A stretch of 64,000 nucleotides of DNA. Source: Clostridia bacterium (GTDB lineage Bacteria > Bacillota > Clostridia > Oscillospirales > RGIG8002). Where the stretch lies: assembly GCA_017616855.1 (NCBI GenBank), contig JAFZXI010000010.1:5489-69488 (forward strand), written 5' to 3'. This document shows, piece after piece, positions 1 through 10,175 of this stretch. The position numbers and the translations under genes are program-made. Within the stretch, counting starts at the first letter, position 1, and each line of letters starts with the position of its first letter. The notes beneath the pieces are model-generated. The model ran no database searches and was not told the origin of the DNA. It saw only the letters and a program-made list of their open reading frames with translations.

Positions 1-1091
1 TCGTTGTTTCCCTTGTAATCGAACTTCGCGTCGTAGTTTCCCGCGTCGAGCTGTTCCGCGACCTCCGTCAGCTTGCGCAGCGGCTTGATTATGCTGCCCG
101 CCAGGCGCAGGGTAAGTATGATGAAGACGATGAGCAGCGCCGCGGAAATGAGAATGATAACAAGAATCATATTGCGCCAGTTGCCGTTTATCTCGTCAAC
201 GGGAACGGAAACGTTCAGGCGCATTCCGTTATGGAGCGGCATCCACACCGCCTGCTTTTCCACGCCCTCGTATTCATAACTGACAAACTTGTTGTCGGAA
301 AGCAGTCCCTCGGGAACCTTCGGTGTGTTCTCGGGAGTAAGCCGCGTGACGTCTACGCGGGGATGATAGATGATATTGCCCTCCGGGTCGTTGATGAAGG
401 CGTAGCCGTTATCGAAAAGCTTGATATTGTTGACCTGCTCCGCCATCATCGAATAGTCGATTTCGATGCCGACGACGCCGATGAAGGTGCCCTTGCGGTA
501 GATCGGCACGTTATAGGAAATAACGCGGATGTCGAGGTTATCGGTTATGTAAGGCGGGAGCCATATCGGCTTGCCGGTCGCCTTCGGCACGGTGAACCAC
601 ACGAGCGCGCCGGTATCGTCGGTATCGTAAAGCGTGATATCCGTGACCTCGTGCTCCGTGAAACCGTTGCCGTCGAGGTTCGTGTACCAGAAGCCCCTGA
701 CGGCGTCCGAAACATCCGGGTTTGCGCTTCTGACGGCGTCAGAAATCGTCGGGTCGATGCGGTAATAATAGGTCAGCACGCCGCTCGTTTTGTAGGCGGT
801 TTTCTCGAAGACCTCTCTCGTCTTATCGACGTGCTCCGCCAGCTTATCGAGCGATGTTCCGTCGAGGTCCTCGTGGACGAATCTTGAAACGTATTCGACC
901 GACTGCTCCACGTTTACGAAATAGGCATCGAGGTTCTTCTCGCCCGTTTCGCACATGAGCGAAAGAATCTGTTCGGAGCTGTTGTTACCTATGTTCTTGA
1001 CGGCGATAACGGCGACGACGGTCGCGACGGTAACGGCGACGATTATCGCCATCGCGGTCAGCAGTATTATTCTCGTACGGATAGACTTCAT
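1..1091 (-). CDS. Membrane sensor protein, N-terminal part (dCache-like extracellular domain, second TM helix, start of HAMP). The C-terminal output domain lies beyond the window edge.
   Basis: Not in the ORF track because it runs off the window. My reverse-strand translation from ATG 1091-1089 (RBS AAGGGG upstream) reads MKSIRTRIILLTAMAIIVAV...PIWLPPYITDNLDIRVISYNVPIY...FINDPEGNIIYHP...MILVIILISAALLIVFIILTLRLAGSIIKPLRKLTEVAEQLDAGNYD with no stops. That gives TM, Cache-like, TM and HAMP. The + ORFs 231..887 and 955..1299 are its antisense shadows. Confidence 0.7.
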   Translation of the reverse strand, partial: MKSIRTRIILLTAMAIIVAVTVATVVAVIAVKNIGNNSSEQILSLMCETGEKNLDAYFVNVEQSVEYVSRFVHEDLDGTSLDKLAEHVDKTREVFEKTAYKTSGVLTYYYRIDPTISDAVRSANPDVSDAVRGFWYTNLDGNGFTEHEVTDITLYDTDDTGALVWFTVPKATGKPIWLPPYITDNLDIRVISYNVPIYRKGTFIGVVGIEIDYSMMAEQVNNIKLFDNGYAFINDPEGNIIYHPRVDVTRLTPENTPKVPEGLLSDNKFVSYEYEGVEKQAVWMPLHNGMRLNVSVPVDEINGNWRNMILVIILISAALLIVFIILTLRLAGSIIKPLRKLTEVAEQLDAGNYDAKFDYKGNN

Positions 1092-1207
1092 GGAGCCGTT
1101 CCCCTTTTGCTTTCGTTATGCGTATGCGACGCTTTCGCAAAGAATCATTCTTGCGGACAATAATCCAATATATCGCAATTATAGCACGTTTTTTCGATTA
1201 TTCAAGA

Positions 1208-1248
1208 CCTTTTTCGCGCTTTACCGGAAGCGAAACGCGCGAAAAAGG
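1208..1248. repeat. 12-bp perfect inverted repeat (cctttttcgcgc / gcgcgaaaaagg, 17-nt spacer) in a divergent intergenic region
   Basis: Read directly from the sequence. It lies between the divergent starts at 1091 (-) and 1333 (+). Possible operator or stray bidirectional hairpin. Confidence 0.5.
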
Positions 1249-1332
1249 TGCGGACGCAGGCAAAAAAAGCATTTACGGCGCGCGAAAAATATGATATAAT
1301 ATCACATATTATTTATTCCCGGAGTTGTTAAT

Positions 1333-2604
1333 ATGAAAAACCAGCCCGAAAGATTCGATATGACGCGCAAACCGGTAAGGACGAAGTGGTATCTGCGTCC
1401 GCTGACGCTGCTGCTGAGCTTACCGGACGTCATCGCGCATAAAGCGAAGATAACCAAAACGAACATGGACGGCATCGAGCCGCCCTACGTCCTGCTCTGC
1501 AACCACAACGCCTTTATGGATTTCAAGGTCGCGACGAAGGCGATATGGCCGAAGCGCGCGAACTACGTCGTCGCCATCGACGGCTTCATCGGGCGCGAAG
1601 GGCTGCTCCGCAACGTCGGCTGCATTTGCAAGCGCAAGTTCACGCAGGACGTCATACTCATACGCCAGCTGATGCGCGTCATCAAAAACGGCGACATCGC
1701 GGTCATCTATCCGGAGGCGCGCTATTCCCTCTGCGGCACGACGGCGGTGCTTCCCGAAGGGCTCGGGCTGCTCTGCAAGATGCTGAAAGTCCCGGTCGTC
1801 ACACTGATATGCCACGGGCATCACGTCAACTCGCCATTCTGGAATCTCAAAAACCGCAAGGTCAAGCCGGTCGAGGCGGAGCTTAAGCTGCAATACACCG
1901 CCGAACAGCTCGAAGAAGTCACCGCCGACGAGATAAACGAAAAGCTCGTAAAAGAGTTCCAATACGACGACTACGCCTGGCAGAAGGAGCGCGGGATACG
2001 CATAAAGGCGCCGTGGCGCGCCGAAGGGCTGCACAAGGTGCTTTATCAATGCCCCGCCTGCGGCACGGAATACAAAATGACCTCCAAGGGCGACGAGCTG
2101 ATCTGCACCGAATGCGGAAAGCGCTGGAAATACGGCGAGGACGGCTCCCTCGCCGCCGTTGACGGCAAGACCGAGTTCTCCCACATCCCCGACTGGTACG
2201 AATGGGAGCGCGAAAACGTCCGCCGCGAGGTCGCGGAGGGGCGGTATTCCACCGGCGAGATGCCCGTTACCGTCGATTCCCTGCCGAACGCAAAGAAGTT
2301 CATCCGGCTCGGCGAGGGCGTCATGACGCACGATATGAACGGCTTCCGCGTTCGCGGCGTCGACTTCGACGGCGACGAGTTCGCGATGGACAAGCCCGTG
2401 CCGTCGCTCTACTCCTGCCACATCGAATACGAATACCTCGGCAAGCACGGCGACTGCGTCGACCTCAACACGCTGACGGACACCTGGTATATCTACCCGC
2501 ACGACTGCGAATTTTCCGTAACAAAGATGGCGCTCGCGACGGAGGAGCTTTATTACGCCTTCCGCGCAGCCGAGGGCAAGCCCTGCAAGCCGGGGCTCGC
2601 GTAA
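1333..2604 (+). CDS. Lysophospholipid / 1-acyl-sn-glycerol-3-phosphate acyltransferase family protein with a C-terminal zinc-ribbon-like CxxC...CxxC
   Basis: HX4D acyltransferase motif (NHNAFMD), downstream YPEARYS block, and CPACG...CTECG. The start is preceded by GGAG. Confidence 0.75.
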   Translation: MKNQPERFDMTRKPVRTKWYLRPLTLLLSLPDVIAHKAKITKTNMDGIEPPYVLLCNHNAFMDFKVATKAIWPKRANYVVAIDGFIGREGLLRNVGCICKRKFTQDVILIRQLMRVIKNGDIAVIYPEARYSLCGTTAVLPEGLGLLCKMLKVPVVTLICHGHHVNSPFWNLKNRKVKPVEAELKLQYTAEQLEEVTADEINEKLVKEFQYDDYAWQKERGIRIKAPWRAEGLHKVLYQCPACGTEYKMTSKGDELICTECGKRWKYGEDGSLAAVDGKTEFSHIPDWYEWERENVRREVAEGRYSTGEMPVTVDSLPNAKKFIRLGEGVMTHDMNGFRVRGVDFDGDEFAMDKPVPSLYSCHIEYEYLGKHGDCVDLNTLTDTWYIYPHDCEFSVTKMALATEELYYAFRAAEGKPCKPGLA

Positions 2605-2619
2605 AACAAGGAGCGGCAT

Positions 2620-3759
2620 ATGATCAAGATAGGTATAGTCGGAGTACGCGGGCTTTCGTTTTCCGGAGCTTTCTGCTCCATGCCCGACGACGTCAAGATA
2701 ACCGCGATATGCGACCTCGACGAGGGCTGCCTCGAATGGGCCAAGGGTGAGATCGAGAAGAAATCACCCGACGCAAGCGGACTGAAAGCGTTCCGCATAT
2801 ACGATGACATGATTGAAAAGGGCGATATCGACGCGGTCGTCATCTCCACGCCGATGCAGTGCCACGTTCCGCAGGCGATAACCGCGCTGCAGGCGGGCAA
2901 GCATGTCATGTGCGAGGTCACCGCGGGCGTCACGATGGACGAGCTCTGGTGGCTGATCGAAAACGTCGAGAAGTCCGGCAAAATATACATGTACGCGGAA
3001 AACTACTGCTATATCCCCGACTGTCAACTCGTCCGCGCGCTCGTCAAGAAGGGCATGTTCGGCGAGATATACTACGGCGAGGGCGAATACACCCACGACT
3101 GCACCGAGCTCCGCAACTGGCACGGCAAGACCGGCTGGAGGACCTACTGGCAGATGGGCACGCGCGGCGCCTTCTATCCGACTCACTCGCTCGGGCCGAT
3201 AATGCAGTGCTTCGACGACGACCGCATCGTTTCGATAGCGTCGTTTTCGCCCGGCAACCACAACCCCTACGGCCTGCGCAACGACGACCTGACGCAGACG
3301 GTCTGTCAGCTTGAAAGCGGCAAGCTCGTCAAGCTCCGCGTCGACACGATCTCCCCGCGCCCGCACGAGACGATGTATTATCAGATACAGGGCACGAAGG
3401 GCTGCTATGAGGCGTCCCGCTTCGGCGGCGAGGCGATGATCGCCATCGCCACCGAAGACGACCCGAAGGGTTACGAGCATTGGCGTCCGCTCTCGGATTT
3501 CAAAGAGTTCCTGCCCGAACGCTACAAGACCGGCGAAGGCGGCGACGCGGGACACGGCGGCGGCGACTATTATATCGTCAAAGACTTCGTCGACGCGGTA
3601 AAGACGAACGTCCAACCCGAGCTGAACGTCTATAAGGCGGCGGAATGGACCTCGGTCGCGCTGCTTTCGCAGCTTTCGGTCACGAATCAGGGCCGCCTGC
3701 TCGAAGTGCCCGACTTCCGCCCCGGCATGACCTGGGAGGAGAAGAGGATAAAGCTGTAA
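2620..3759 (+). CDS. Gfo/Idh/MocA family NAD(P)-dependent oxidoreductase
   Basis: N-terminal Rossmann motif IKIGIVGVRG, typical family length and central region. RBS AAGGAG lies 6 nt upstream. Confidence 0.8.
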   Translation: MIKIGIVGVRGLSFSGAFCSMPDDVKITAICDLDEGCLEWAKGEIEKKSPDASGLKAFRIYDDMIEKGDIDAVVISTPMQCHVPQAITALQAGKHVMCEVTAGVTMDELWWLIENVEKSGKIYMYAENYCYIPDCQLVRALVKKGMFGEIYYGEGEYTHDCTELRNWHGKTGWRTYWQMGTRGAFYPTHSLGPIMQCFDDDRIVSIASFSPGNHNPYGLRNDDLTQTVCQLESGKLVKLRVDTISPRPHETMYYQIQGTKGCYEASRFGGEAMIAIATEDDPKGYEHWRPLSDFKEFLPERYKTGEGGDAGHGGGDYYIVKDFVDAVKTNVQPELNVYKAAEWTSVALLSQLSVTNQGRLLEVPDFRPGMTWEEKRIKL

Positions 3760-3897
3760 ATCTCATCTACAAAAACGCGATAATAAAAAAATCGCAAAAA
3801 AATGAAATTTGTGCTTGCATATATCAAAAAGGTGTGATATACTATCCCTTGCTGAAGACGAGAGGGCGCATTTTCAGCCGCCTTTCTCCGACAATAC

Positions 3898-3973
<76 letters not shown>

Positions 3974-3976
3974 AAA

Positions 3977-4010
3977 ACGAGAGACATGCATTTGCGTGTC
4001 TCTCGTTTTT
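3977..4010 (+). terminator. Rho-independent terminator after tRNA-Ala
   Basis: acgagagaca...tgtctctcgt stem followed by TTTTT. Confidence 0.7.
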
Positions 4011-4114
4011 AGTTAGAAATCCGGAGGGGATCGAAACGAACTCCAAAGGCGCGGAGCGAAGCGACAGCGGCTTTGGCAGAAAAGCGCCGGGGGCGCTTTT
4101 CGCAAGGGAGAAGA

Positions 4115-4139
4115 GATCCCCCTCATCTCCACCAAAAAC
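4115..4139 (+). repeat. Second copy of the tRNA-Ala 3' end (25-bp perfect direct repeat of 3954..3978)
   Basis: gatccccctcatctccaccaaaaac is present at both positions. Confidence 0.85.
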
Positions 4140-4169
4140 AAAGGACACGCAATATTGCGTGTCCTTTGT
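4138..4169. terminator. Bidirectional hairpin terminator (also serves udk on the minus strand)
   Basis: acaaaggacacgc/gcgtgtcctttgt stem. T-run on the + side, and an A-run upstream that gives a T-run on the - strand. Confidence 0.6.
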
Positions 4170-4196
4170 CTTATGTGATTTGTTATTTTACGTTTA

Positions 4197-4835
4197 TTAT
4201 TTCTCGCTTTGGCGCCTTGTCGTTTCGCCCGTTCCGAGCTCGCGGTTGACGCGGTGCTCAATCATTTCGAGCGCGACGATGTTATGGCCGCCCTCGGGAA
4301 TGATGATATCCGCGAACTTCTTGCTCGGCTCGACGTACATCTCATGCATCGGCTTGACGGTCTGCATATACTGCGTGACGACCGAATCGAGCGTGCGGCG
4401 GCGCTCCTTGACGTCGCGGATTATCCTGCGGATGATGCGGACGTCGGCGTCGGTATCGACGAAAATCTTTATATCCATCAGCTCGCGAAGCTCCGGCTCC
4501 GCAAGCACGAGGATGCCGTCGATTATCATAACGTCGGAGGGGTCGACGCGGCGCGTTTCTTCGCTGCGGTCGTGGATCTTATAGTCATAGACGGGGCATT
4601 CTATGCTCTTGCCCTCGCGGAGCAGGCGCAGGTGCTGCGCCATCAGCGCGGTATCGAACGCCTCCGGGCAGTCGTAATTTATCTTCGTGCGCTCCTCGTA
4701 GGTCATTTCATGGTGCGCCTTGTAATAGTCGTCATGGCGCATTATCGTGACCTTGTCGCCGAAGCGCTCGACGAGCCGCTTCGCTATCGTGCTTTTGCCG
4801 CTGCCGGAGCCGCCGGCGATGCCTATCATCAGCAT
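4197..4835 (-). CDS. udk: Uridine kinase
   Basis: P-loop GIAGGSGSGKST, then DDYYK...NYDCPEAFD...P.YDY blocks typical of Udk. RBS GGAGGG. Confidence 0.9.
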   Translation of the reverse strand: MLMIGIAGGSGSGKSTIAKRLVERFGDKVTIMRHDDYYKAHHEMTYEERTKINYDCPEAFDTALMAQHLRLLREGKSIECPVYDYKIHDRSEETRRVDPSDVMIIDGILVLAEPELRELMDIKIFVDTDADVRIIRRIIRDVKERRRTLDSVVTQYMQTVKPMHEMYVEPSKKFADIIIPEGGHNIVALEMIEHRVNRELGTGETTRRQSEK

Positions 4836-4884
4836 TTCGTTTTCCCTCCGATATATCTCTGTGTTGCCGATAAGGCGGCGCGCC

Positions 4885-6186
4885 TTATCTGACGGTCTTG
4901 TAAATGAGCGGGCGCTTCTCGGGGCGCGTATCCGCTATCGCGAACGCAGCGCGGACGTCCTCGGTCGCCTGCCGCAGCGCGTCCTCGCGCGCCGTGTAAA
5001 GCGTGCAGAGCGTTTCGCCCGCCGCGACTGAGTCGCCGACGGTCTTGCGCAGCACGACGCCGGCGGAGTGGTCGATCTCCTCGTCCTTCGAGGCGCGGCC
5101 GGCGCCGAGCAGTACGCTCGCGAGCCCGATCTTCAGCGCGTCGATCGCGGTCACGAAGCCGGCGCGGTCGCTGACGACGTTGAAAACGCCGGGCGCCTGC
5201 GGGAAGCGCGAGGTGTCTTCGATATACGCGACGTCGCCGCCCTGCGCGGCGATCCATTCCTTCATCTTCGCAAAGGCGGCGCCGGAATCGAGCGACGCTT
5301 CCGCGCGCGAGAGCGCCTCGTCTATCGGAAGCTCAAGCGCGAGCGAGACCATGTTCGCCGCGAGCGCGACGCATATCTCGCGCAGCGGACCGCGCGTTTC
5401 GCCGCGCAGCACCGAGACGGCTTCTTTTATCTCGAGCGCGTTGCCGACGGCGCAGCCGAGCGGCGTATCCATATCCGTCAGCAGCGCGGCGACGTTCCTG
5501 CCGCAGCGCTTGCCTATTTTCACCATTTCGCGGGCGAGTTCCTCCGCGTCCTCGGGAGTCTTCATGAACGCGCCGCTGCCGACCTTTACGTCGAGGACGA
5601 TCGAATGCGAGCCGGCGGCGAGTTTCTTGCCCATTATGCTGGAAACCATCAGCGGTATGCAGTCCACGGTCGCGGTCACGTCGCGGAGGGCGTAGAGCTT
5701 CTTATCGGCGGGGGTCATGTTCCCGCTCTGCCCGACGACGACTATGCCGACGCGTTCCGCCTGCGCGATGAACTCCTCCGCGGAGAGCGCGGTGCGGTAA
5801 CCGGGGATCGATTCGAGCTTGTCGACGGTGCCGCCGGTGTGCCCGAGTCCCCTGCCCGACATCTTCGTGACGACGGCGCCGAGCGAAGCCGCGAGCGGAG
5901 CGACGATAAGCGAGGTTTTGTCGCCGACGCCGCCGGTGCTGTGCTTATCCGCGGTCAGCGTGCCGAAGCGCGAAAGGTCGACCGTGTCGCCCGAGTTCGC
6001 GACCGCGTCGGTCAGGATCGCGGTCTCCGCTTCGTTCATCCCGTTGAAGCATATCGCCATCAGCAGCGCGGACGCCTGATAGTCCGGTATTTCGCCCGCG
6101 ACGTAGCCGCTGATGAAGGAGCGTATCTCCTCCTCCGTCAGCTCGCCGCCCTTGCGCTTTTTATAGATAACGTCGTACATACGCAT
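4885..6186 (-). CDS. pdp: Pyrimidine-nucleoside (thymidine) phosphorylase
   Basis: MRMYDVIYKKRKGGELTEEEI...HSTGGVGDKTSL...MSGRGLGHTGGT motifs. I place the start at ATG 6186 (GGAGG 7-8 nt upstream) rather than the track's GTG 6195, which lies inside the RBS. Confidence 0.9.
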   Translation of the reverse strand: MRMYDVIYKKRKGGELTEEEIRSFISGYVAGEIPDYQASALLMAICFNGMNEAETAILTDAVANSGDTVDLSRFGTLTADKHSTGGVGDKTSLIVAPLAASLGAVVTKMSGRGLGHTGGTVDKLESIPGYRTALSAEEFIAQAERVGIVVVGQSGNMTPADKKLYALRDVTATVDCIPLMVSSIMGKKLAAGSHSIVLDVKVGSGAFMKTPEDAEELAREMVKIGKRCGRNVAALLTDMDTPLGCAVGNALEIKEAVSVLRGETRGPLREICVALAANMVSLALELPIDEALSRAEASLDSGAAFAKMKEWIAAQGGDVAYIEDTSRFPQAPGVFNVVSDRAGFVTAIDALKIGLASVLLGAGRASKDEEIDHSAGVVLRKTVGDSVAAGETLCTLYTAREDALRQATEDVRAAFAIADTRPEKRPLIYKTVR

Positions 6187-6255
6187 AGCGCGCACCTCCC
6201 GAAAACCGACTGAAGTCGGGGGCGGTTCTCCGCCCCCGACTCCTTGAAAATGATA

Positions 6256-7191
6256 CTAACGCATGCCCTTGTCGTAGGGTATGCCTTCCGCCTTCGGCGC
6301 GCGCGACTTCTTGGACGTCAGCGCGAGCACGACGAGCGAGATGATGTAAGGAAGCATGTTGTACAACTCCGCGGGAATGTTGAGCGCCTCGATGAAGTTC
6401 AGCGACGAATGCACCTGCGACAAAGCACGGAACAGTCCGAACAGCAGCGCGGAAAGCGCGATCCTGTGCGGCTTCCACTGCCCGAAGATCATAACCGCGA
6501 GCGCGAGGAATCCGAAGCCGGCAACGCCGTAATCGAACTTCCACTCGCTGACGCCGGACATGATGTAGACGATGCCGCCGAGTCCGCCGAGGACGCCGGA
6601 AATCATTACGCCGGCGTAACGCATCTTGAAGACGCTGATGCCGACGCTCGCCGCCGCCTGCGGATGCTCGCCGCACGCCATCAGGCGCAGACCGAACTTC
6701 GTCTTGTAAAGCAGGATATATGCGGCGATAAGAAGAATAAGAGTCACCGGCATAAACCAGTTGAAATCGAAATTGCCCATCCTGACGATAAAGCTTTCTT
6801 TCTGCGCAACGTAGGTCAAAGTAGCCGAGGGCTTGCTCGAAGCCGCGGCGTTTATCGCCTTAACGATAACGGTCGCCGCCGCAAGCGCGAGCATATTCAT
6901 CGCGGTACCGACGAGCGTCTGGTCCGCCTTGAAATTGATGCTCGCGACGGCAAGCAGAAGCGAATAGACCAATCCGGACGCCATCGAGATGAGTATTACC
7001 ATTATGACCATCAGCGGCGCAGGAGCGTTCGGCATCAGGTTCATCGTCAGCGCTCCGCCGAGAGCGCCGATTATCATCGTGCCCTCAAGCCCGAGGTTGA
7101 TAACGCCGGAGTGCTCCGAGAAGCAGCCGCCGAGAGCGACGAGGATAAGGACCGACGCATAGATCAGCGTGTATTGCAAAAGCAACAGCAT
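6256..7191 (-). CDS. ABC transporter permease (BMP/nucleoside-type, YufQ/NupQ-like)
   Basis: Multi-TM protein with GLEGTMIIGAL. Operon context with a BMP lipoprotein and a double ATPase. Confidence 0.85.
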   Translation of the reverse strand: MLLLLQYTLIYASVLILVALGGCFSEHSGVINLGLEGTMIIGALGGALTMNLMPNAPAPLMVIMVILISMASGLVYSLLLAVASINFKADQTLVGTAMNMLALAAATVIVKAINAAASSKPSATLTYVAQKESFIVRMGNFDFNWFMPVTLILLIAAYILLYKTKFGLRLMACGEHPQAAASVGISVFKMRYAGVMISGVLGGLGGIVYIMSGVSEWKFDYGVAGFGFLALAVMIFGQWKPHRIALSALLFGLFRALSQVHSSLNFIEALNIPAELYNMLPYIISLVVLALTSKKSRAPKAEGIPYDKGMR

Positions 7192-8414
7192 TACTCATCG
7201 CCTCCTTTCCCGTCTTCGGAAAGCGGCGGAGTCTCCGGCTCGTCCGCGGACGCGTCCTGATCGGATGGCGGATCCGCCACAAGGGCAGCGCCCGTTCCCG
7301 GCACGGAATCGATACCGGCAAGCGCCGCGCGCTTCTTTTCGTTTTTAGCCATACTCCTGTTCATTACGCTCTTTATGAACAGAACGAAACTGCAAAGATA
7401 AATGATTATTGCAAAAATCAGGTCTGACATCTGAGGAGCATACGTCATATTGTCGATGTAAGCTCCGCCTTCCGTTATGTGCTGGATAAAGAAGGAGGAA
7501 AAGATGCATCCGATCGGATTAAGACCTCCGAGGAAGGCTGCGGCGATCCCGTTGAATCCCATTGCGGGCACGGTCGCTGCCTCGGTCTCCCAATGCTGGA
7601 AGTTTGTCAGATAGAACATTGCCGCGCCGAGTCCGGCGAGCGCTCCGCCGATGGCGAGAGTAACGATGATGTTGCGTTTTTCCGCCATGCCGGCGTATTT
7701 CGCGGCGTGCTTGTTGAAGCCGGTCGCCTTCAGCTCGTATCCGAACCTGGTTTTTTCAAGCAGGATATATATGCCCACGGCGATGACGATCACCAACGGT
7801 ATGGCTATCGACGCGTACTTGTTGCCGAGCAGCTTGTCGAGCCCGAGCGACGGTATCCTGCTGTTGAACGGTATGTTGCGCGTTTCGGATATGTTCGGCT
7901 GCTTGACCGTTTTCAGCATAATGTTGACGACGTAAAGCGACATCCAGTTCAGCATTATGCCGCTTATGACCTCGTTGACGTTGCGGTACGCCTTCAGAAG
8001 TCCGACGATGCAGCCGAGTATCGCTCCTCCGGCAAGCGCCATAAGCATACAGAGCCACCACGGCAGCTTCCACGCGATAGCGGCGTAAATCGCTATACCT
8101 ATGCCGATACAATACTGTCCGGCGGCGCCGATGTTGAAAAGTCCGACCTTATAGCAGAACAGTATCGACAGCGAGCACATAATAAGCGGAACCGCTTTTA
8201 CCATGGTCTGGGTGAAAAGCTCCAGCACGTGCTTTGCGTCCTGGTATTTGAAGTAGCTCCTGAGCAGCGCCGTGATCCCGCCGACTGCGCCGCTCGGTTT
8301 AATGATAAGCAGAACGATGAAGCCGAGAACGAGACCTAAAACTATACAGATGAGCGACGCGACTATCGACTGGAACGCATTGTTTTTCACAAGAGAGCGC
8401 CGTTTATTATTCAT
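7191..8414 (-). CDS. ABC transporter permease (BMP/nucleoside-type, YufP/NupP-like) with an acidic/Pro-rich C-terminal tail
   Basis: Multi-TM protein. Start and stop overlap the neighbouring genes (translational coupling). Confidence 0.85.
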   Translation of the reverse strand: MNNKRRSLVKNNAFQSIVASLICIVLGLVLGFIVLLIIKPSGAVGGITALLRSYFKYQDAKHVLELFTQTMVKAVPLIMCSLSILFCYKVGLFNIGAAGQYCIGIGIAIYAAIAWKLPWWLCMLMALAGGAILGCIVGLLKAYRNVNEVISGIMLNWMSLYVVNIMLKTVKQPNISETRNIPFNSRIPSLGLDKLLGNKYASIAIPLVIVIAVGIYILLEKTRFGYELKATGFNKHAAKYAGMAEKRNIIVTLAIGGALAGLGAAMFYLTNFQHWETEAATVPAMGFNGIAAAFLGGLNPIGCIFSSFFIQHITEGGAYIDNMTYAPQMSDLIFAIIIYLCSFVLFIKSVMNRSMAKNEKKRAALAGIDSVPGTGAALVADPPSDQDASADEPETPPLSEDGKGGDE

Positions 8415-10008
8415 TACTACCCGCCTCCTGTCCTTCCGTCGTATCCGGTGAAACGTCCGGGTCAGGCTCTCCGAGCGCTGTGCCCATATTCTTCTTTGCG
8501 CCCGCCATATAAAGCCCGAGCTCCTCGACCGTAGTCTTCTTCGGATCGAGCTCGCCGACGATCTCGCCCTCGTACATAACGAGGATGCGGTCGGAAAGAC
8601 TCATGACCTCCTCGAGCTCGAGCGAAACGAGCAGCACCGCGCGCCCCGCGTCGCGCTGCGCGACGAGCTGGCGGTGGATGTTCTCTATCGCTCCGACGTC
8701 GAGTCCGCGGGTCGGCTGGACGGCGATTATCAGGTCGGAGTCTCTGTCGAGTTCGCGGGCGACGATTGCCTTCTGCTGGTTGCCGCCGGACATGCTTCTC
8801 GCGGGTGTGGCGGAGCCCTGTCCCGAACGAACGTCGTATTTCTCGATGAGCTCGTCGGAATACGCTCTGATATTCCCCTTGCGGAGCATGCCGCCCTTGG
8901 TGAACTCCGGCTCAAAATAGCGCTGGAGCACCATGTTATAGTCGAGCGGATAATCGAGCACGAGGCCGTGCTTGTGTCTGTCCTCCGGGATGTGGCTCCA
9001 GCCGGACGTGATGCGCTTTCTTATCGAATAGTGTGTAACGTCGGTACCTTCGTAGATTATGCTTCCGCCCCTGACCGGTTCGAGACCGGTAAGTCCGTAA
9101 ATAAGCTCGGTCTGGCCGTTGCCGTCGATACCGGCGATACAGACGATCTCGCCCCTGCGTACGTCGAAAGAAACGCCGCGGACGGCGTCGCTGTCATGCA
9201 CTCTGCTCTTGACGTACAGATCGCGCACCTCGAGCAGCACTTCTCCCGGCTCCGCGTCTTTTTTTGCGACTGTGAACTCAACGTCTCTGCCGACCATCAT
9301 GCGCGAAAGCTCTTCTTTCGTCGTGTCTTTGACCTCGACGGTGCCTATGTATTTGCCCTTGCGGAGAACGGAGCAGCGGTCGGCGACCTCCATGATCTCG
9401 TTCAGCTTATGCGAAATGAAGAGGATCGACTTGCCCTCCGCGGCGAGATTGCGCATTATCTGCATAAGCTCGGTTATCTCCTGCGGAGTAAGCACCGCTG
9501 TAGGCTCGTCGAAGATGAGTATATCGTTTTCGCGGTAGAGCATTTTCAGTATTTCCGTGCGCTGCTGCATACCGACGGTGATATCCTCGATGAGCGCGTC
9601 GAGATCGACGTAAAGCCCGTAGCGTTCCGAAAGCTCGGTTATCTTCTCGCGCGCTTCGCCCTTGAGCAGGAAGCCCGCTTTGTTCGGCTCGACGCCGAGC
9701 ATAATATTCTCGAGCACAGTGAAGCATTCGACGAGCTTGAAATGCTGATGCACCATACCGATACCGAGCGCGTTGGCGTCGTTCGGGTCCTTTATGCGAA
9801 CGGGCTGGCCGTTCATTCTTATTTCGCCTTCCTCCGGCTGATAAAGACCGAAAAGCACCGACATGAGCGTCGATTTTCCCGCGCCGTTCTCGCCGAGGAG
9901 CGCGTGTATTTCTCCTTTTTTCAGCTGGAGAGTTATATCATCGTTGGCGATGATCCCGGGGAACCTTTTCGTTATATGCAGCATTTCAACGGCATATTGC
10001 TGTTCCAA
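8407..10008 (-). CDS. ABC transporter ATP-binding protein with two fused ATPase domains
   Basis: Walker A GENGAGKST, second-domain signature MSGGNQQK, Walker B DEPT. Confidence 0.9.
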   Translation of the reverse strand: MEQQYAVEMLHITKRFPGIIANDDITLQLKKGEIHALLGENGAGKSTLMSVLFGLYQPEEGEIRMNGQPVRIKDPNDANALGIGMVHQHFKLVECFTVLENIMLGVEPNKAGFLLKGEAREKITELSERYGLYVDLDALIEDITVGMQQRTEILKMLYRENDILIFDEPTAVLTPQEITELMQIMRNLAAEGKSILFISHKLNEIMEVADRCSVLRKGKYIGTVEVKDTTKEELSRMMVGRDVEFTVAKKDAEPGEVLLEVRDLYVKSRVHDSDAVRGVSFDVRRGEIVCIAGIDGNGQTELIYGLTGLEPVRGGSIIYEGTDVTHYSIRKRITSGWSHIPEDRHKHGLVLDYPLDYNMVLQRYFEPEFTKGGMLRKGNIRAYSDELIEKYDVRSGQGSATPARSMSGGNQQKAIVARELDRDSDLIIAVQPTRGLDVGAIENIHRQLVAQRDAGRAVLLVSLELEEVMSLSDRILVMYEGEIVGELDPKKTTVEELGLYMAGAKKNMGTALGEPDPDVSPDTTEGQEAGSNE

Positions 10009-10175
10009 GTCACATCTCCCCTTTCGTTGTTTTCGTTGTCTTCGTACGACGTTCCTGTATTATACCACCCGGTAATGAAACGGCAGGGGCGTCCTACCGG
10101 ACACCCCTGCCTTCATAAAACCTCTGTGTCCACTGATCAGACAGGAATCATACCCGTTTTATGAACTGCAAACTA

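Noticed and set aside
231-1299. + strand ORFs 73..279, 231..887 and 955..1299 at the window start
   Set aside because: They lie antisense to a much better reverse-strand reading frame (Cache/HAMP sensor, 1..1091) that has an RBS, TM helices and recognisable domains. Their composition is the R/A/G/V-rich pattern typical of shadow ORFs in GC-rich DNA.
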